From an uncultured Dehalococcoidia bacterium (GTDB lineage Bacteria; Chloroflexota; Dehalococcoidia; Lucifugimonadales; GCA-2712585): 64,000 nucleotides of DNA. The notes under the pieces are model-generated. The model saw only the letters and a program-made list of their open reading frames with translations, ran no database searches and had not been told where the DNA came from. The stretch spans positions 584,133 through 648,132 of the forward strand of contig OY282371.1 in NCBI GenBank assembly GCA_958295715.1, in the 5' to 3' direction. A program made the position numbers and the translations under genes. Positions 17,452-27,778 of the stretch are shown here, piece by piece (the stretch's first letter is position 1; the number at the start of each line of letters is the position of its first letter).

Positions 17452-18336
17452 ATGAACGCCATAAGGGTCGTAGGCGTCCTCTACAAGCCCCAGACCCCCA
17501 AGGCCCTGGCCTTAGCCCAGGCGATATCCGAAGCCGTGGGCCCCGGCCGGGAGTCTTGGATGGGGCCTGTCGATGGCGACGACTCCCACGCCAACGACCG
17601 CCTGCGGGAGACCGATCTGATTGTGACGGTGGGCGGCGATGGGACCATCCTGCGGGCGGCGCAGGCGGCCGTGGCCCACGACGTGCCCCTGCTGGGCGTC
17701 AACATGGGGCGCCTGGGCTTTATGACGGAGCTGCGCGCCGCCGAGGCCCTGGAGAGGCTGCCCCGCTTCTTGGAGGGGCGCGGTTGGGTGGAGGAACGCT
17801 CCATGCTGAAGGTCCAGGCCTTCAGCGCTGATGACGCCGCTCAGCCGGCCGGTTCCCCTTGGCGCAACGCCTTGAACGACGCCGTTCTGGGCAGGGGCGC
17901 GGCGCCGAGGCTCATCAGCGTTCGCGCCCTTATAGATGGCGCCCTCCTCACCTCCTACCGCGCCGACGCGGTCATAGTCAGCGCCGCGGCGGGCAGCACC
18001 GGCTACAACCTGTCGGCGGGCGGCCCCATCCTGGACCCCGGCGCTAGGGAGATGGTCCTCAAGCCGGTGGCCCCCCACGTGGGCTTGGCCACCGCCGTAG
18101 TCCTGCCCTCCTCAGCCAGCGTCGAGCTGGTGGTGGAGTCCCACGACGGGGCCGTTCTCAGCGTCGACGGCTTCCTGAACCAGCAGGTCCCCAAGGGTGA
18201 CGGGGTTAGAATCCGGAGCGGCTGCAAGAAGGCCCGGTTCCTGAGAGAGGGCGACCGGCGAGACTTCTACGCCAACCTGACCCGGAGGCTGGGCTTTGAA
18301 GGCGGCATGGGCGCGGGCCGCGCCATCTTTTATTAG
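17452..18336 (+). CDS. nadK: NAD kinase
   Basis: 294 aa with DLIVTVGGDGTILRAA and GVNMGRLGFMTE. Confidence 0.92.
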   Translation: MNAIRVVGVLYKPQTPKALALAQAISEAVGPGRESWMGPVDGDDSHANDRLRETDLIVTVGGDGTILRAAQAAVAHDVPLLGVNMGRLGFMTELRAAEALERLPRFLEGRGWVEERSMLKVQAFSADDAAQPAGSPWRNALNDAVLGRGAAPRLISVRALIDGALLTSYRADAVIVSAAAGSTGYNLSAGGPILDPGAREMVLKPVAPHVGLATAVVLPSSASVELVVESHDGAVLSVDGFLNQQVPKGDGVRIRSGCKKARFLREGDRRDFYANLTRRLGFEGGMGAGRAIFY

Positions 18337-18370
18337 TGATGCGTAGCGCCGCGCAGGTAGGGATGGGCAA

Positions 18371-18919
18371 GTGACCGCCTCTAGGGAAGAGCCAACGGTT
18401 GAGAGCCGCCGCGTCTTCGAAGGCCGCCTCTTCCACGTGCGGGTGGACACTGTCCGCCTGTCCGGTGGCCGCCTCACGACCAGGGAGATAGTCGACGGCG
18501 GCCATAGCGTTTGCATCGTCCCCCTCGACGGCAGGGGCGGCGTGATTCTGGTTCGCCAGTATCGCAAGTCCGTCGAGCGGTTCCTGCTGGAGATCCCCGC
18601 AGGGGCCATCGACCCCGGCGAGGAGCCGGAGGCCGCCGCCGGGCGGGAACTGAGGGAGGAGACCGGCCGCCGGGCCGGCAGGCTGGAACCCCTTGGCTTC
18701 TTCTGGATGACCCCTGGGTTTTGCGCCGAGGGGATGCACTCCTTCCTGGCCACGGAGTTGGAGCCAGGCCCCGACAGCCCCGACGATGACGAGAGCATAG
18801 AGGTTGTGACGGCTCCTCTGAAGAACATCCCCTCCATGATAGCCGCGGGGGAGATTCAGGACGCCAAGAGTATCGCGTCGCTGATGCTGTGCCTGGCCAA
18901 GGGCGCCGGCCCTGTTTGA
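18371..18919 (+). CDS. NUDIX hydrolase (ADP-ribose pyrophosphatase-like)
   Basis: 182 aa. Nudix box GAIDPGEEPEAAAGRELREETG. The N-terminal FEGRLFHVRVDTVRL is typical of ADPRase. Confidence 0.85.
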   Translation: MTASREEPTVESRRVFEGRLFHVRVDTVRLSGGRLTTREIVDGGHSVCIVPLDGRGGVILVRQYRKSVERFLLEIPAGAIDPGEEPEAAAGRELREETGRRAGRLEPLGFFWMTPGFCAEGMHSFLATELEPGPDSPDDDESIEVVTAPLKNIPSMIAAGEIQDAKSIASLMLCLAKGAGPV

Positions 18920-18932
18920 GGCGATAGGCGCA

Positions 18933-18961
18933 TTGTCACCAATTCCCGCATCTGGTAGTAT
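18933..18961 (+). promoter_or_regulatory. sigma-70-type promoter of the sdh operon
   Basis: TTGTCA (18933-18938), a 17-nt spacer, then TGgTAGTAT (-10 at 18956-18961), 37 nt before TTG 18998. Confidence 0.6.
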
Positions 18962-18997
18962 AACTCGTCACTAACGCATACATGGGAAGGTCGTTAT

Positions 18998-20674
18998 TTG
19001 CTTGAACACGATGTATTGGTAGTCGGCGGGGGGCTGGCTGGAATGCGGGCCGCCATAGCCGCCCACCAGAGCGGGGCCACCGTAGCGATTATTAGCAAGG
19101 TCCACCCGGTGCGGAGCCACTCCAACGCCGCGCAGGGCGGCATCAACGCGGCCCTCACCGACCGCGGCGACACCTGGGAGGACCACGCCTTCGACACCAT
19201 CAAGGGCAGCGACTACCTGGGCGACCAGGACGCCATCGAGTACATGTGCTCCGAGGCGGGCAGCGAACTCATCTCCCTGGAGCACATGGGCGTCATTTTC
19301 AACAGGGATGACGAAGGGCGTTTGGGAACCAGGGCCTTCGGCGGCCAGCAGCGGGCGCGGACCTTCTTTGTGGCCGACTTTACGGGACAGGCCATCCTCC
19401 ACGTCCTCTACGAGCAGCTGATGAAGTCGGACATACGGGTGTATGAGGAGTGGTTTGTCCTTTCCCTCATCATTGAGGATGGCGCGTGCTGCGGCGTGAC
19501 CGCCTTGGAGATTTCCACCGGCAGGGTGTACGTCATACGGGCCAAGACGGTGATTTTGTGCACCGGCGGCCTCGGGCGGCTCTTCGAACCCAGCACCAAC
19601 GCCCTAATCGTGACCGGCGACGGCATCGCCTTGGCCTACCAGTCGGGCGCGCCTCTCATGGACATGGAGATGGTCCAGTACCACCCCACCACGCTGAAGG
19701 GCAGTGGCGTTCTCATCACCGAGGGCGCCCGTGGCGAGGGGGCGCATCTCCTCAACAGCGACGGCGAGCGGTTCATGGAGCGGTACGCCCCCAACATGAT
19801 GGAGCTTGCCTCCCGCGACGTGGTTTCCCGCTCTGAGCAGACGGAGATAGCCGCGGGACGGGGCATCGACGGCTGTGTCCTCCTGGACTGCCGGCACTTG
19901 GGCGAACCGCTAATCCGTGAGCGGCTCTCCCAGATCTACGAGATTGGGTTGGACTTTGCCGGCGTTGACATAACCAGGGAGCCTATACCCATTCGCCCCG
20001 GTATGCACTACCTCATGGGCGGCATAAAGACTGATATGGATGGAAGCACGAACGTTCCCGGCCTGTACGCCGCCGGCGAGTGCGCCAACGTGAGCGTCCA
20101 CGGCGGGAACCGGTTGGGGGCCAACTCCCTGCTGGACACCGTGGTCTTCGGCCACAGGTCCGGGAATCACGCCGCCGAGGTGGCCAGGAACATTCCATAT
20201 AAGGATATTAACGTGGCGGCCTACGCCGCTCAGGAGGAGAACCGCTTCAAGGACCTGTTCTCCCGCGATGACGGGGAGCGTTGGTCCCAGATACGGTTGG
20301 ACCTGGGCACGGAGATGGACAGGCGCTTCGGCGTTTACAGGGACGAGGCGGGCATGAAGGCCCTGCTGAAGGACCTGGAAGGCTTCAAGGAGCGGTACGA
20401 GCGGGTGTCCGTGCAGGACAAGGGCCGGGTCTTCAACACCGACCTGGTTTTCACCCTGGAGTTGGGCTTCATGCTGGACTGCGCCGAGGCCATCGTCCTG
20501 AGCGGACTGGACCGGAAGGAGAGCCGGGGCGCCCACTCGCGCACCGACTATCCCCGCCGCGATGATGAGAACTGGCTGAAACACGTTCTGGTCACCCGCG
20601 CGGAGGACGGCCCCCGGCTGTCCCACCTGCCCGTGACCATCACTAAGTGGCAGCCCGAGGAGAGAAAGTACTGA
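18998..20674 (+). CDS. sdhA: succinate dehydrogenase/fumarate reductase flavoprotein subunit
   Basis: 558 aa with VVGGGLAGMRAA, RSHSNAAQGGINAAL (covalent-FAD His context) and HYLMGGI. TTG start after GGGAAGG. Confidence 0.93.
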   Translation: MLEHDVLVVGGGLAGMRAAIAAHQSGATVAIISKVHPVRSHSNAAQGGINAALTDRGDTWEDHAFDTIKGSDYLGDQDAIEYMCSEAGSELISLEHMGVIFNRDDEGRLGTRAFGGQQRARTFFVADFTGQAILHVLYEQLMKSDIRVYEEWFVLSLIIEDGACCGVTALEISTGRVYVIRAKTVILCTGGLGRLFEPSTNALIVTGDGIALAYQSGAPLMDMEMVQYHPTTLKGSGVLITEGARGEGAHLLNSDGERFMERYAPNMMELASRDVVSRSEQTEIAAGRGIDGCVLLDCRHLGEPLIRERLSQIYEIGLDFAGVDITREPIPIRPGMHYLMGGIKTDMDGSTNVPGLYAAGECANVSVHGGNRLGANSLLDTVVFGHRSGNHAAEVARNIPYKDINVAAYAAQEENRFKDLFSRDDGERWSQIRLDLGTEMDRRFGVYRDEAGMKALLKDLEGFKERYERVSVQDKGRVFNTDLVFTLELGFMLDCAEAIVLSGLDRKESRGAHSRTDYPRRDDENWLKHVLVTRAEDGPRLSHLPVTITKWQPEERKY

Positions 20675-21636
20675 TGCAAGTGGTCGTCTCAGTGCGGCGC
20701 TATAACCCGGAAGACAGGGGAACCCCCTCCTACTGGCAGGAGTACGGCCTTGAGGTGGAGGAGAACGCCAGCGTGCTGGACTCCCTCATCAAGATACGGG
20801 AGGAGGTGGACGGCAGCTTGGCCCTCCGTTGCTCATGTCGCAGCGCCATATGCGGCTCCTGCGCCATGCGAATCAACGGCCACGCCAAGCTGGCCTGCAA
20901 CACCAAGCTGTCGGACGTCGCCGGCGAGGACGGCAAGGTGACGGTGGAACCCGCCGGCGTTATGCCTGTGGTCAAGGACCTGGTGGTGGACCAGACCATG
21001 TTTTGGGACAAGGTGCGGCAGGTGTCGCCCTGGCTCCAGCCGGAAGGCCCGGAGCCGGAGGCCGAATACCTGGCCCCCAACTCCGACATGACCCACTTGG
21101 CCGGCGTCATGGCCTGCATTATGTGCGGGGCCTGCGTGTCGGACTGCACCGTCCTTGAGATGGACGAGAATTTCATTGGCCCGGCGGCCCTGGCCAAGGC
21201 CTACCGTTTCGCCGCCGACCCCCGAGACGCCGAGGACCGCTCCCGGCTGGCGACCCTTAGCGAGTACAGCGGCATTTGGGACTGCACCCGCTGCTTCGAG
21301 TGCGTCGAGGTCTGCCCCAAGGGTGTGGCCCCCATGGACCGCATCATGTCCTTGAGGGACAGGGCCATGGAGCGCGGCTACGATAAGACTTACGGCGCCC
21401 GCCACACCGACGCCTTCGAGGAGTCGGTGACCCACAGCGGCCGGCTGGACGAGTTGCGCCTTCCCATCAAGACCTTTGGCTTTTTCAACCTTCCCGCCCT
21501 CATGAACATGGCCCCCGTGGGGCTGCGGGCCCTCTTGCGGGGCAAGATGCCGCCCATCTTCCACCGCTCCGTGCCCGGGGTCAAAAAGGTGCGCCAGTTG
21601 GTGAAGAGCGTTAAGGCTCAGCAGCGAGGGGAGTAG
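20674..21636 (+). CDS. sdhB: succinate dehydrogenase/fumarate reductase iron-sulfur subunit (long form)
   Basis: ATG 20674 overlaps the sdhA TGA (TGATG). Cys clusters CRSAICGSCAMRINGHAKLAC, CIMCGACVSDC and CTRCFECVEVCP. It has a ~80-aa C-terminal extension. Confidence 0.9.
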   Translation: MQVVVSVRRYNPEDRGTPSYWQEYGLEVEENASVLDSLIKIREEVDGSLALRCSCRSAICGSCAMRINGHAKLACNTKLSDVAGEDGKVTVEPAGVMPVVKDLVVDQTMFWDKVRQVSPWLQPEGPEPEAEYLAPNSDMTHLAGVMACIMCGACVSDCTVLEMDENFIGPAALAKAYRFAADPRDAEDRSRLATLSEYSGIWDCTRCFECVEVCPKGVAPMDRIMSLRDRAMERGYDKTYGARHTDAFEESVTHSGRLDELRLPIKTFGFFNLPALMNMAPVGLRALLRGKMPPIFHRSVPGVKKVRQLVKSVKAQQRGE

Positions 21637-21672
21637 GGGCGGCGTCGGCTATTCTAGTTTAGGAGGCAAGGG

Positions 21673-22563
21673 GTGAAGTACGCCTTCTTCCCAGGTTGTG
21701 TATCCCGCGGGGGCTGCCCGGAGTTGTACCCGGCCACCCTGAAGGTCTGCCATAGGCTTGGCTTTGAGCTTGATGAGCTTCAGGAGCGGGGCGCCACCTG
21801 CACCGGGGCCGGGGTCCTTCAGGAAAAGAACCAGTTTCTGGGCGACGTCTTCAACGCTCGCACTTTCGCCATGGCCGAGCAGTTGGGCCTGCCGCTTATG
21901 AACATATGCAGCACCTGCCAAGGGGTGATGAGCCAGGCTAACAAGCGGCTGAAGGACGACCCGGACTACCTGGCCAAGGTCAACGGTCACCTGGCACAGG
22001 AGGGGTTGGAATATCGCGGGACTGCCCAGCCCAGGCATCTGCTGTGGACCCTGATAGAGGACGTGGGCATGGAGAAGCTGAAGACCTACGTTATCCAGCC
22101 CTTGACGAATTTGAGAGTGGCCCCCTTCTACGGCTGCTACATCGTCCGCCCCACCGACGCCTTGGAGTTCAAGCTCTACCCTGAGAGGGAGGACTCCTTG
22201 GAGCGGGTCATGGCGGCCCTCGGCGCTCAGGTGGTGGACTTCCCCGGCAAGACCCGGTGCTGCGGCTTTCCCATCCTCACCATCAACGAGAAGAACTCCG
22301 TTAGCATGGTGGCCCGCCACACCACTGACGCCAAGGACCTGGGCGCCGACGCTATGGTGACCCCCTGCCCCCTGTGCCACCTGAACCTGGACGGCTACCA
22401 GCCCAAGGCCATGCAGCAGTCCCAGCGGGATATCAACATGCCGATTATCCACCTGCCCCAGCTGCTTGGACTGGCCATGGGCTTCAGCCCCAAGGAGATG
22501 GGCCTTTCCCGCCACATCGTCTCAGCCAAGCGGGTGCTCAGCAAGATACGGGTCCCGGCCTAG
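21673..22563 (+). CDS. CCG-domain (heterodisulfide reductase B-like) subunit, SdhE/type-E succinate dehydrogenase-like
   Basis: 296 aa. AGGAGG RBS before the GTG. Two Cys-rich CCG-type motifs (FFPGCVSRGGCPE.. and ..KTRCCGFPIL..VTPCPLCHLNL). Confidence 0.75.
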   Translation: MKYAFFPGCVSRGGCPELYPATLKVCHRLGFELDELQERGATCTGAGVLQEKNQFLGDVFNARTFAMAEQLGLPLMNICSTCQGVMSQANKRLKDDPDYLAKVNGHLAQEGLEYRGTAQPRHLLWTLIEDVGMEKLKTYVIQPLTNLRVAPFYGCYIVRPTDALEFKLYPEREDSLERVMAALGAQVVDFPGKTRCCGFPILTINEKNSVSMVARHTTDAKDLGADAMVTPCPLCHLNLDGYQPKAMQQSQRDINMPIIHLPQLLGLAMGFSPKEMGLSRHIVSAKRVLSKIRVPA

Positions 22564-22596
22564 AGAGCCGATTATACGCCTGAGTTTGGGGACGGC

Positions 22597-23652
22597 TTAC
22601 TGTAGAGGAAAGGGCGGCTGGAGCCACTTCCCCGTGTCGTTCACCTCCAATGCCGTGACCCACTTGACCCACTCGTAGCCCCGCCTTCCCGGCGCCACCA
22701 GCCGGAGGGGGAAGCCGTGAGGGTGGGATAGGGTCTCGTCGCCGACCCGCGCGGCCAACAGCAGTTCGTCAACCTCGCTCATGGAGAACCGCCGGTTGTA
22801 GCCCGTCACCGACTTCACCGTGACGCTGGCGGCCCCGGGCAGCGGCCCCGCCTGGTCGAGAACCCTCCGCAGCGGCGTTCCCCGCCATACCTGGGTGGAA
22901 CTCCAACCGCCGGTGCAGTCCAGGGTGGCGGTGACCTCATCCTGGCAGTCGCTAACCCGGTCGTAGGGTACGTCAAGCTCCTTGCTCACCTGTCCCGTCA
23001 CCCGGAGCCTCCACGTGTCAGGGTCTACCGGCGCGGGGTTGTCGTTAATCCAGGAGGTGGCGGGAAAGGCGTTGCCGGAGAAGCTGGCGGCCTCGTATGA
23101 GCCGGTGAACCGCCTTTCGGACCCGCGCAGCCGGAGGGCGCCGGCGGTCGCTTCCGCCAACTGCCAGAGGAACAGGCCGGCCAGGGCCAACCCCCCGGCG
23201 CGGAGGAAGGAACGCCGCTCTGCCCAGAACTTTGGCCGCAGGCTCCACCGGTGGGCCTGGCTGTGCCAGATGAGCAGGGGCGCAAGGAGGGCTGAGACGT
23301 ATACGTGCCAGGTCAGCCCGCTGAAGCCTTGAAACTTGAAGGGGCCGACGTGACTCCACGTTAAGCCCAGTCCCATCGATATAAGCAGCAGGGCCATGAG
23401 GATGATTGACCAGGTGGGAACGGCGGCGCGGCCCTTCCCGGCCCGGCCCCTTGCCTTGGCGGCGCGGCGCAGCCCTCTCAGCACGTTGCGTCCCTTCCAT
23501 AAGAAGACGGCCAGAATGGCGAAGCCGCCGGCCCGGTGGACGTGCAGGTAGATGGCCCGGTCTGAAGACCCCGACATCATGCCCATTATCCCCGTCGCCA
23601 GCTCTACGGCCAGCAGAACCAGGAGAATAACGTTGGCCCAGGGGTAGGGCAT
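22597..23652 (-). CDS. membrane-anchored molybdopterin-binding oxidoreductase (sulfite oxidase/YedY-MsrP family domain)
   Basis: 351 aa. The N-terminal ~170 aa hold 4-5 hydrophobic helices. The C-terminal part ..TATLDCTGGWSSTQVWRGTPL..HGFPLRLVAPGRRGYEWVKWV.. is typical of the Mo-co binding domain. Confidence 0.7.
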   Translation of the reverse strand: MPYPWANVILLVLLAVELATGIMGMMSGSSDRAIYLHVHRAGGFAILAVFLWKGRNVLRGLRRAAKARGRAGKGRAAVPTWSIILMALLLISMGLGLTWSHVGPFKFQGFSGLTWHVYVSALLAPLLIWHSQAHRWSLRPKFWAERRSFLRAGGLALAGLFLWQLAEATAGALRLRGSERRFTGSYEAASFSGNAFPATSWINDNPAPVDPDTWRLRVTGQVSKELDVPYDRVSDCQDEVTATLDCTGGWSSTQVWRGTPLRRVLDQAGPLPGAASVTVKSVTGYNRRFSMSEVDELLLAARVGDETLSHPHGFPLRLVAPGRRGYEWVKWVTALEVNDTGKWLQPPFPLQ

Positions 23653-23719
23653 GGGGATAGGCCTCGCTTATGGGGTGGTGGGCGCCTAGGACTGTTACGC
23701 CGGAGAGGAGGCCCCGTTT

Positions 23720-25012
23720 TTACCCTTGGAGCTTGCTCACCACCGACGCGAAGGCGTTAATGGTCTGCTCCACGTCGGCGGGGGTGTGGGCCAGGGAGGG
23801 GTAGAACTTCTGCGGCCCTTGAAAGACGCCCTCGTCTTGGAGCAGGTTGCGGAACCGGCCCTTCATGGCCTCGTCCGCGGGAAGGGTGGAGCGGTAGTCC
23901 GACAGGGGTTCGCCGGTGAAGATGATGTCGAAGACCGGGTCCTCTCCCGACGTTTGGGCCGGTATCTCCGCCTGGGCGCAAAGGTCTTCCAGGGCCTCCC
24001 GCAGCTTCCGGCCCGTGTCCCGGAGCCGGCGATAAGCGCCTTCTTTCCGGAGCTCGGCCAGGGTGGCCAGCCCGGCGGCGCAGGCCACCGGGTTCCCGTT
24101 GAGGGTTCCTATCTGACTGACGTGGGACCCCGGCTCCGCGATGGCCGGGTCGTAGAGGGCCATAATCTCCTCCCGCCCGCACACGGCCGCCAGGGGGAAG
24201 CCGCCGCCCATAATTTTGCCCACCGCGGCCAGGTCCGGCGTCACCCCGTAGTACTCCTGGGCGCCGCCGTAGGCCAGCCGGAACCCGGTTACCACCTCGT
24301 CGAAGATGAGGGGCACCTGGTAGTGAGCCGTGACCTCCCGCAAGGTCTCCAGGAATCCGGGCTTGGGGGCGAGGAGCCGCTGCATGGGTTCCACAATCAC
24401 CGCGGCCAACTCGTCGTGCCGTTTCTCGATGATATCCACGGTCTTGGCGGCGTCGTTGAAGGGGGCTATCAGCATGGAGTCTTCAATGGCCTTGGGTATG
24501 CCGCCGGCGCTGGCCTCCGCCTGGGGAAAGTCCCTCAGCGCACGGGGCGGATTGCTCATAAGGGAGTAGTCGCTGGAGCCGTGGAATCCGCCCTCGAATT
24601 TCAGCGCCTTGTCCCGGCCGCGAAATGCCCGGGCTATACGCAGGGCTTGGAAGCAGGCGTCGGTGCCGCTGGTGGTGAACCGGGCCTGGTCGGCGCAGGG
24701 AATAGCCTTCACCAACTCCTCGGCCAGGAGCACGGCCTGCTCATTGGTGGCGAAGAAGGAACTGCCCATCTCCACCGCATCCTTGACGGCCTGGGTCACG
24801 GCGGGGTGAGCGTGGCCCAGGACCAGTGGGCCAGAACCCATCAGATAGTCGATGTACTCGTTGCCGCTCACGTCCCATATCCGGGAACCCCGGCCGCGTT
24901 TGACTATGAAGCGGTGGTCGGCGTCGAGGGCCACGTTGCCCAGGGTGCCGCCCGGCAGATACCGGGAGGCCTTGTTTAGGATGCGGGTCTCTTCACCGCT
25001 GCGATGGGGCAT
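23720..25012 (-). CDS. class-III aminotransferase (glutamate-1-semialdehyde 2,1-aminomutase family)
   Basis: 430 aa with ..RIWDVSGNEYIDYLMGSGPLVLGHAHPAV.., TTSGTDACFQALRIARA and FDEVVTGFR. Confidence 0.8.
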   Translation of the reverse strand: MPHRSGEETRILNKASRYLPGGTLGNVALDADHRFIVKRGRGSRIWDVSGNEYIDYLMGSGPLVLGHAHPAVTQAVKDAVEMGSSFFATNEQAVLLAEELVKAIPCADQARFTTSGTDACFQALRIARAFRGRDKALKFEGGFHGSSDYSLMSNPPRALRDFPQAEASAGGIPKAIEDSMLIAPFNDAAKTVDIIEKRHDELAAVIVEPMQRLLAPKPGFLETLREVTAHYQVPLIFDEVVTGFRLAYGGAQEYYGVTPDLAAVGKIMGGGFPLAAVCGREEIMALYDPAIAEPGSHVSQIGTLNGNPVACAAGLATLAELRKEGAYRRLRDTGRKLREALEDLCAQAEIPAQTSGEDPVFDIIFTGEPLSDYRSTLPADEAMKGRFRNLLQDEGVFQGPQKFYPSLAHTPADVEQTINAFASVVSKLQG

Positions 25013-25044
25013 GGCGTCCTCCGTTGGTGGGTGGCGCTGGGCCT

Positions 25045-25998
25045 TCAGCCGGCCTTGGCGTCGCCGTCCTGGTTCTTGCGCATGACGTCCACCAACTCGC
25101 GGACGCTGGCGGCCGACCTGTCGAGCATGGCCTGCTCCTCCGGGGTGAGGGTGATTTCGATGACCTCCTCCACGCCGCCGCCGCCCAGCTTCACCGGCAC
25201 GCCCATGCAGAGGCCGTCAATGCCGTACTGCCCCTCCAGGTAGACGCAGCAGGGGAGGATCCGCTTCTTGTCCAAAAGGATGGCCTCGGTCATCTGGGCG
25301 ATGGCCGCCGAGGGCGCGTAGTAGGCGCTGCCGGCCTTGAGGAGGGCCACAATCTCCCCGCCGCCCTGGCGCGCTCTCGTCACCAGCCGGTCCACGGCCT
25401 CTTGGGGCATTAGCTCCGTGATGGGTATTCCCCCCGCGGTGGTGTAGCGCACCAGGGGCACCATGTCGTCCCCGTGCCCGCCCAAGACGTAGGCCTGAAC
25501 GTCCTCCACAGACACATCCAACTCCTGGGCGATGAAGGTCCTGAAGCGGGCGGTGTCTAGTACGCCAGCCATGCCGAAGACCCGGTTCTTGGGGAACCCG
25601 CTGACCTCGTAGGCGTGGTGGCACATGGCGTCCAGCGGGTTGCTCACCACCATGATGAGGCAGTCCGGCGAGTATTTCACCACCTCCGCGGTCACGCTGC
25701 CGATAATTTTCATGTTGGTCAAGAGGAGGTCGTCGCGGCTCATGCCGGGCCTGCGGGCGATTCCCGCGGTTATAATCACCAGGTCGGAGTTGGCCGTTTC
25801 CTCGTAGCCGTTGGAGCCGGTGATAAGGGCGTCGGAGCCTATGACGGGGCCGGATTCCAGCATGTCGAGGGCCTTCCCCTGGGGCAGGTCCTGCACAATG
25901 TCCACCAGGACCACGTCGGCGTAGCCCAGTTCGTGAATGCGCTGGGCCGCCGTGGCTCCCACGTTGCCCGCGCCAACTACCGTGACCTTCTTTCTCAT
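25045..25998 (-). CDS. mdh: malate dehydrogenase (LDH-like)
   Basis: 317 aa with [29 protein letters not shown] and [12 protein letters not shown]. Confidence 0.93.
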   Translation of the reverse strand: MRKKVTVVGAGNVGATAAQRIHELGYADVVLVDIVQDLPQGKALDMLESGPVIGSDALITGSNGYEETANSDLVIITAGIARRPGMSRDDLLLTNMKIIGSVTAEVVKYSPDCLIMVVSNPLDAMCHHAYEVSGFPKNRVFGMAGVLDTARFRTFIAQELDVSVEDVQAYVLGGHGDDMVPLVRYTTAGGIPITELMPQEAVDRLVTRARQGGGEIVALLKAGSAYYAPSAAIAQMTEAILLDKKRILPCCVYLEGQYGIDGLCMGVPVKLGGGGVEEVIEITLTPEEQAMLDRSAASVRELVDVMRKNQDGDAKAG

Positions 25999-26053
25999 TC
26001 CCGGCTCTTCTCCTTTGGTGTTTTGGTTTGGCCTTTGGTTTGGATGGAACTTC

Positions 26054-27265
26054 CTAGCTGTTGACGTAGCCCTCCCAGCGCGAGTCCAGGTCGGCGGACT
26101 CCACCGTTTCCATGAGATAGTCGCCGAACTCCTTGCCGGAGGACCCGGTGTCGCGGCCGGTGATGGACAGCTTCCTTTCGTACTGGGTGCAGATGTCCAG
26201 GGCCTTGTTGAGGCGGGCCGACAACTGGGAGTAGCCTACGTGGTCCAACATCATGCTGCCGGCGCGGATTAGGGAGCTGGGGTCGGCGTACTGGGCGCGG
26301 CCCTCCTTGACCATGCGGGGCGCGCTCCCGTGGATGGCCTCGAACATGGCGGACGTCTTGCCGATGTTGGCGCTGCCGGCGGTGCCGACGCCGCCCTGTA
26401 TCTGGGCGGCCTCGTCGGTGATGATGTCGCCGTAGAGGTTGGGGAGGGCGAATACCTGGAACTCGTTGCGGCGGGCCTCGTCGAGGAGCTTGGCGGTCAT
26501 AATGTCGATATACCAGGCGTCCCAACTAATGCCGGGGTAGCTCTCGGCGACGCTTCGGGCGATGTCCAAGAACTTGCCGTCGGTGGTCTTGATAATGTTG
26601 GCCTTGGTCACGATGGTCACGCGGCTCTTGCCGTTGCGCTGGGCGTGGGCGAAGGCCGCCTCGATAATCCGGCGCGAGCCCTGGCTGGTGATTACGCGGA
26701 AGTCGATGGCCAGGTCCTCGGTGACGTTTATGCCCTGGCTGCCCACGGCGTACAGGTCCTCGGTGTTCTCGCGGAAGAAGGTCCAGTCGATGCCCTCTTG
26801 GGGTATCCGCACGGGGCGGACGTTGGCGAAGAGGTCCAAGGCCTTGCGCATGGAGACGTTGGCGCTCTCTATGTTGGGCCAGCCGTCCCCCTTCTCCGGG
26901 GTGTGGGTGGGACCCTTGAGGGTGACGTGGCAGTCCCTGATTTCGGCCAGCACGTCGTCGGGGATGGACTGCATGTGGCTGGCCCGGTTCTCTATGGTCA
27001 GCCCTTCAATGTCTCGGAAGACGACCTTGCCTGTCGACACGGCGTCCCGGAGCAGATACTCCAAGACTCGCCGGGCCTCGGCGGATATAAACGGGCCGAT
27101 GCCGTCGCCGCCCAGTATGCCTATCTTGATGGGCTTCACTTGGCTGTAGTCCGTCCACTCCAGGTCCTGCTTCAGCCGCTCCACCCTGTCCAGCTGCTGC
27201 TCCAGTATGGCGGCGAAGTGGGTCTTGGCCGCGTCAATGGCCGTGGGGGTCTTGGGGTCTGTCAA
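26054..27265 (-). CDS. icd: isocitrate dehydrogenase (isocitrate/isopropylmalate dehydrogenase family)
   Basis: TTG 27265 follows AGGAGGAG; the longer ORF to 27571 only reads through repeat DNA. Motifs [38 protein letters not shown] and [12 protein letters not shown]. Adjacent to mdh. Confidence 0.8.
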   Translation of the reverse strand: MTDPKTPTAIDAAKTHFAAILEQQLDRVERLKQDLEWTDYSQVKPIKIGILGGDGIGPFISAEARRVLEYLLRDAVSTGKVVFRDIEGLTIENRASHMQSIPDDVLAEIRDCHVTLKGPTHTPEKGDGWPNIESANVSMRKALDLFANVRPVRIPQEGIDWTFFRENTEDLYAVGSQGINVTEDLAIDFRVITSQGSRRIIEAAFAHAQRNGKSRVTIVTKANIIKTTDGKFLDIARSVAESYPGISWDAWYIDIMTAKLLDEARRNEFQVFALPNLYGDIITDEAAQIQGGVGTAGSANIGKTSAMFEAIHGSAPRMVKEGRAQYADPSSLIRAGSMMLDHVGYSQLSARLNKALDICTQYERKLSITGRDTGSSGKEFGDYLMETVESADLDSRWEGYVNS

Positions 27266-27371
27266 TGCTCCTCCTATGTGCCGCGCGGCTCTGTGATTGG
27301 AAAACGGCCGTTGCCGCGAAGTTGTGGGGCCATTATATGGGGCGCCTTGGCTTGAACGCAAATGAGCGCGC

Positions 27372-27705
27372 CCTCCCCTCCCGTCATTCCCGCGAAGGCG
27401 GGAAGGGCACGCGTGCCCATTTTTGTTTTGGGGAGCGGTGGTTCTGCGCTGGCGGCTTCTGGATTCTCGCCCCCTCTTTCCGTCACTCCTGCCCCTCTCA
27501 CATTTGTCATTCCCGCCTGCCCTCCCTCCCGTCATTCCCGTGAAAACGGGAATCCAGGAAGCCTTCATCACAAAACGGCCTATGAGCCGCGCTCACGACT
27601 TCCGGCCCGGCCTGCCGCCTCAACCCGACGGTCTGTCAAAGGAAAACGATGGCGTTAGCAGGGAATAGGGAAAGATGGATTCCCGCCTGCGCGGGAATGA
27701 CGGAA
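27372..27705. repeat. mosaic intergenic repeat block (RS-A + RS-B units)
   Basis: Hairpins at about 27386-27405, 27535-27554 (variant ATTCCCGTGAAAACGGGAAT) and 27678-27697. RS-A palindrome variant GGGCACGCGTGCCC at 27405-27418 followed by ATTTTTGTTTTGGGG. Confidence 0.9.
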
Positions 27706-27778
27706 AGGGGAGGCCAGCAGCCCTCTTTTGGCGGTCAGCCCTTGAGGGTGGCGTTCAGCCTCGGGACGGCGGGCGGGG

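Noticed and set aside
27266-27571. N-terminal 102-aa extension of the icd ORF (MMKASWIPVFTGMTGGRAGGNDK..).
   Set aside because: The extension is translated repeat DNA from the hairpin family. A TTG with an AGGAGGAG RBS at 27265 gives a sensible isocitrate dehydrogenase (IDH) N-terminus.
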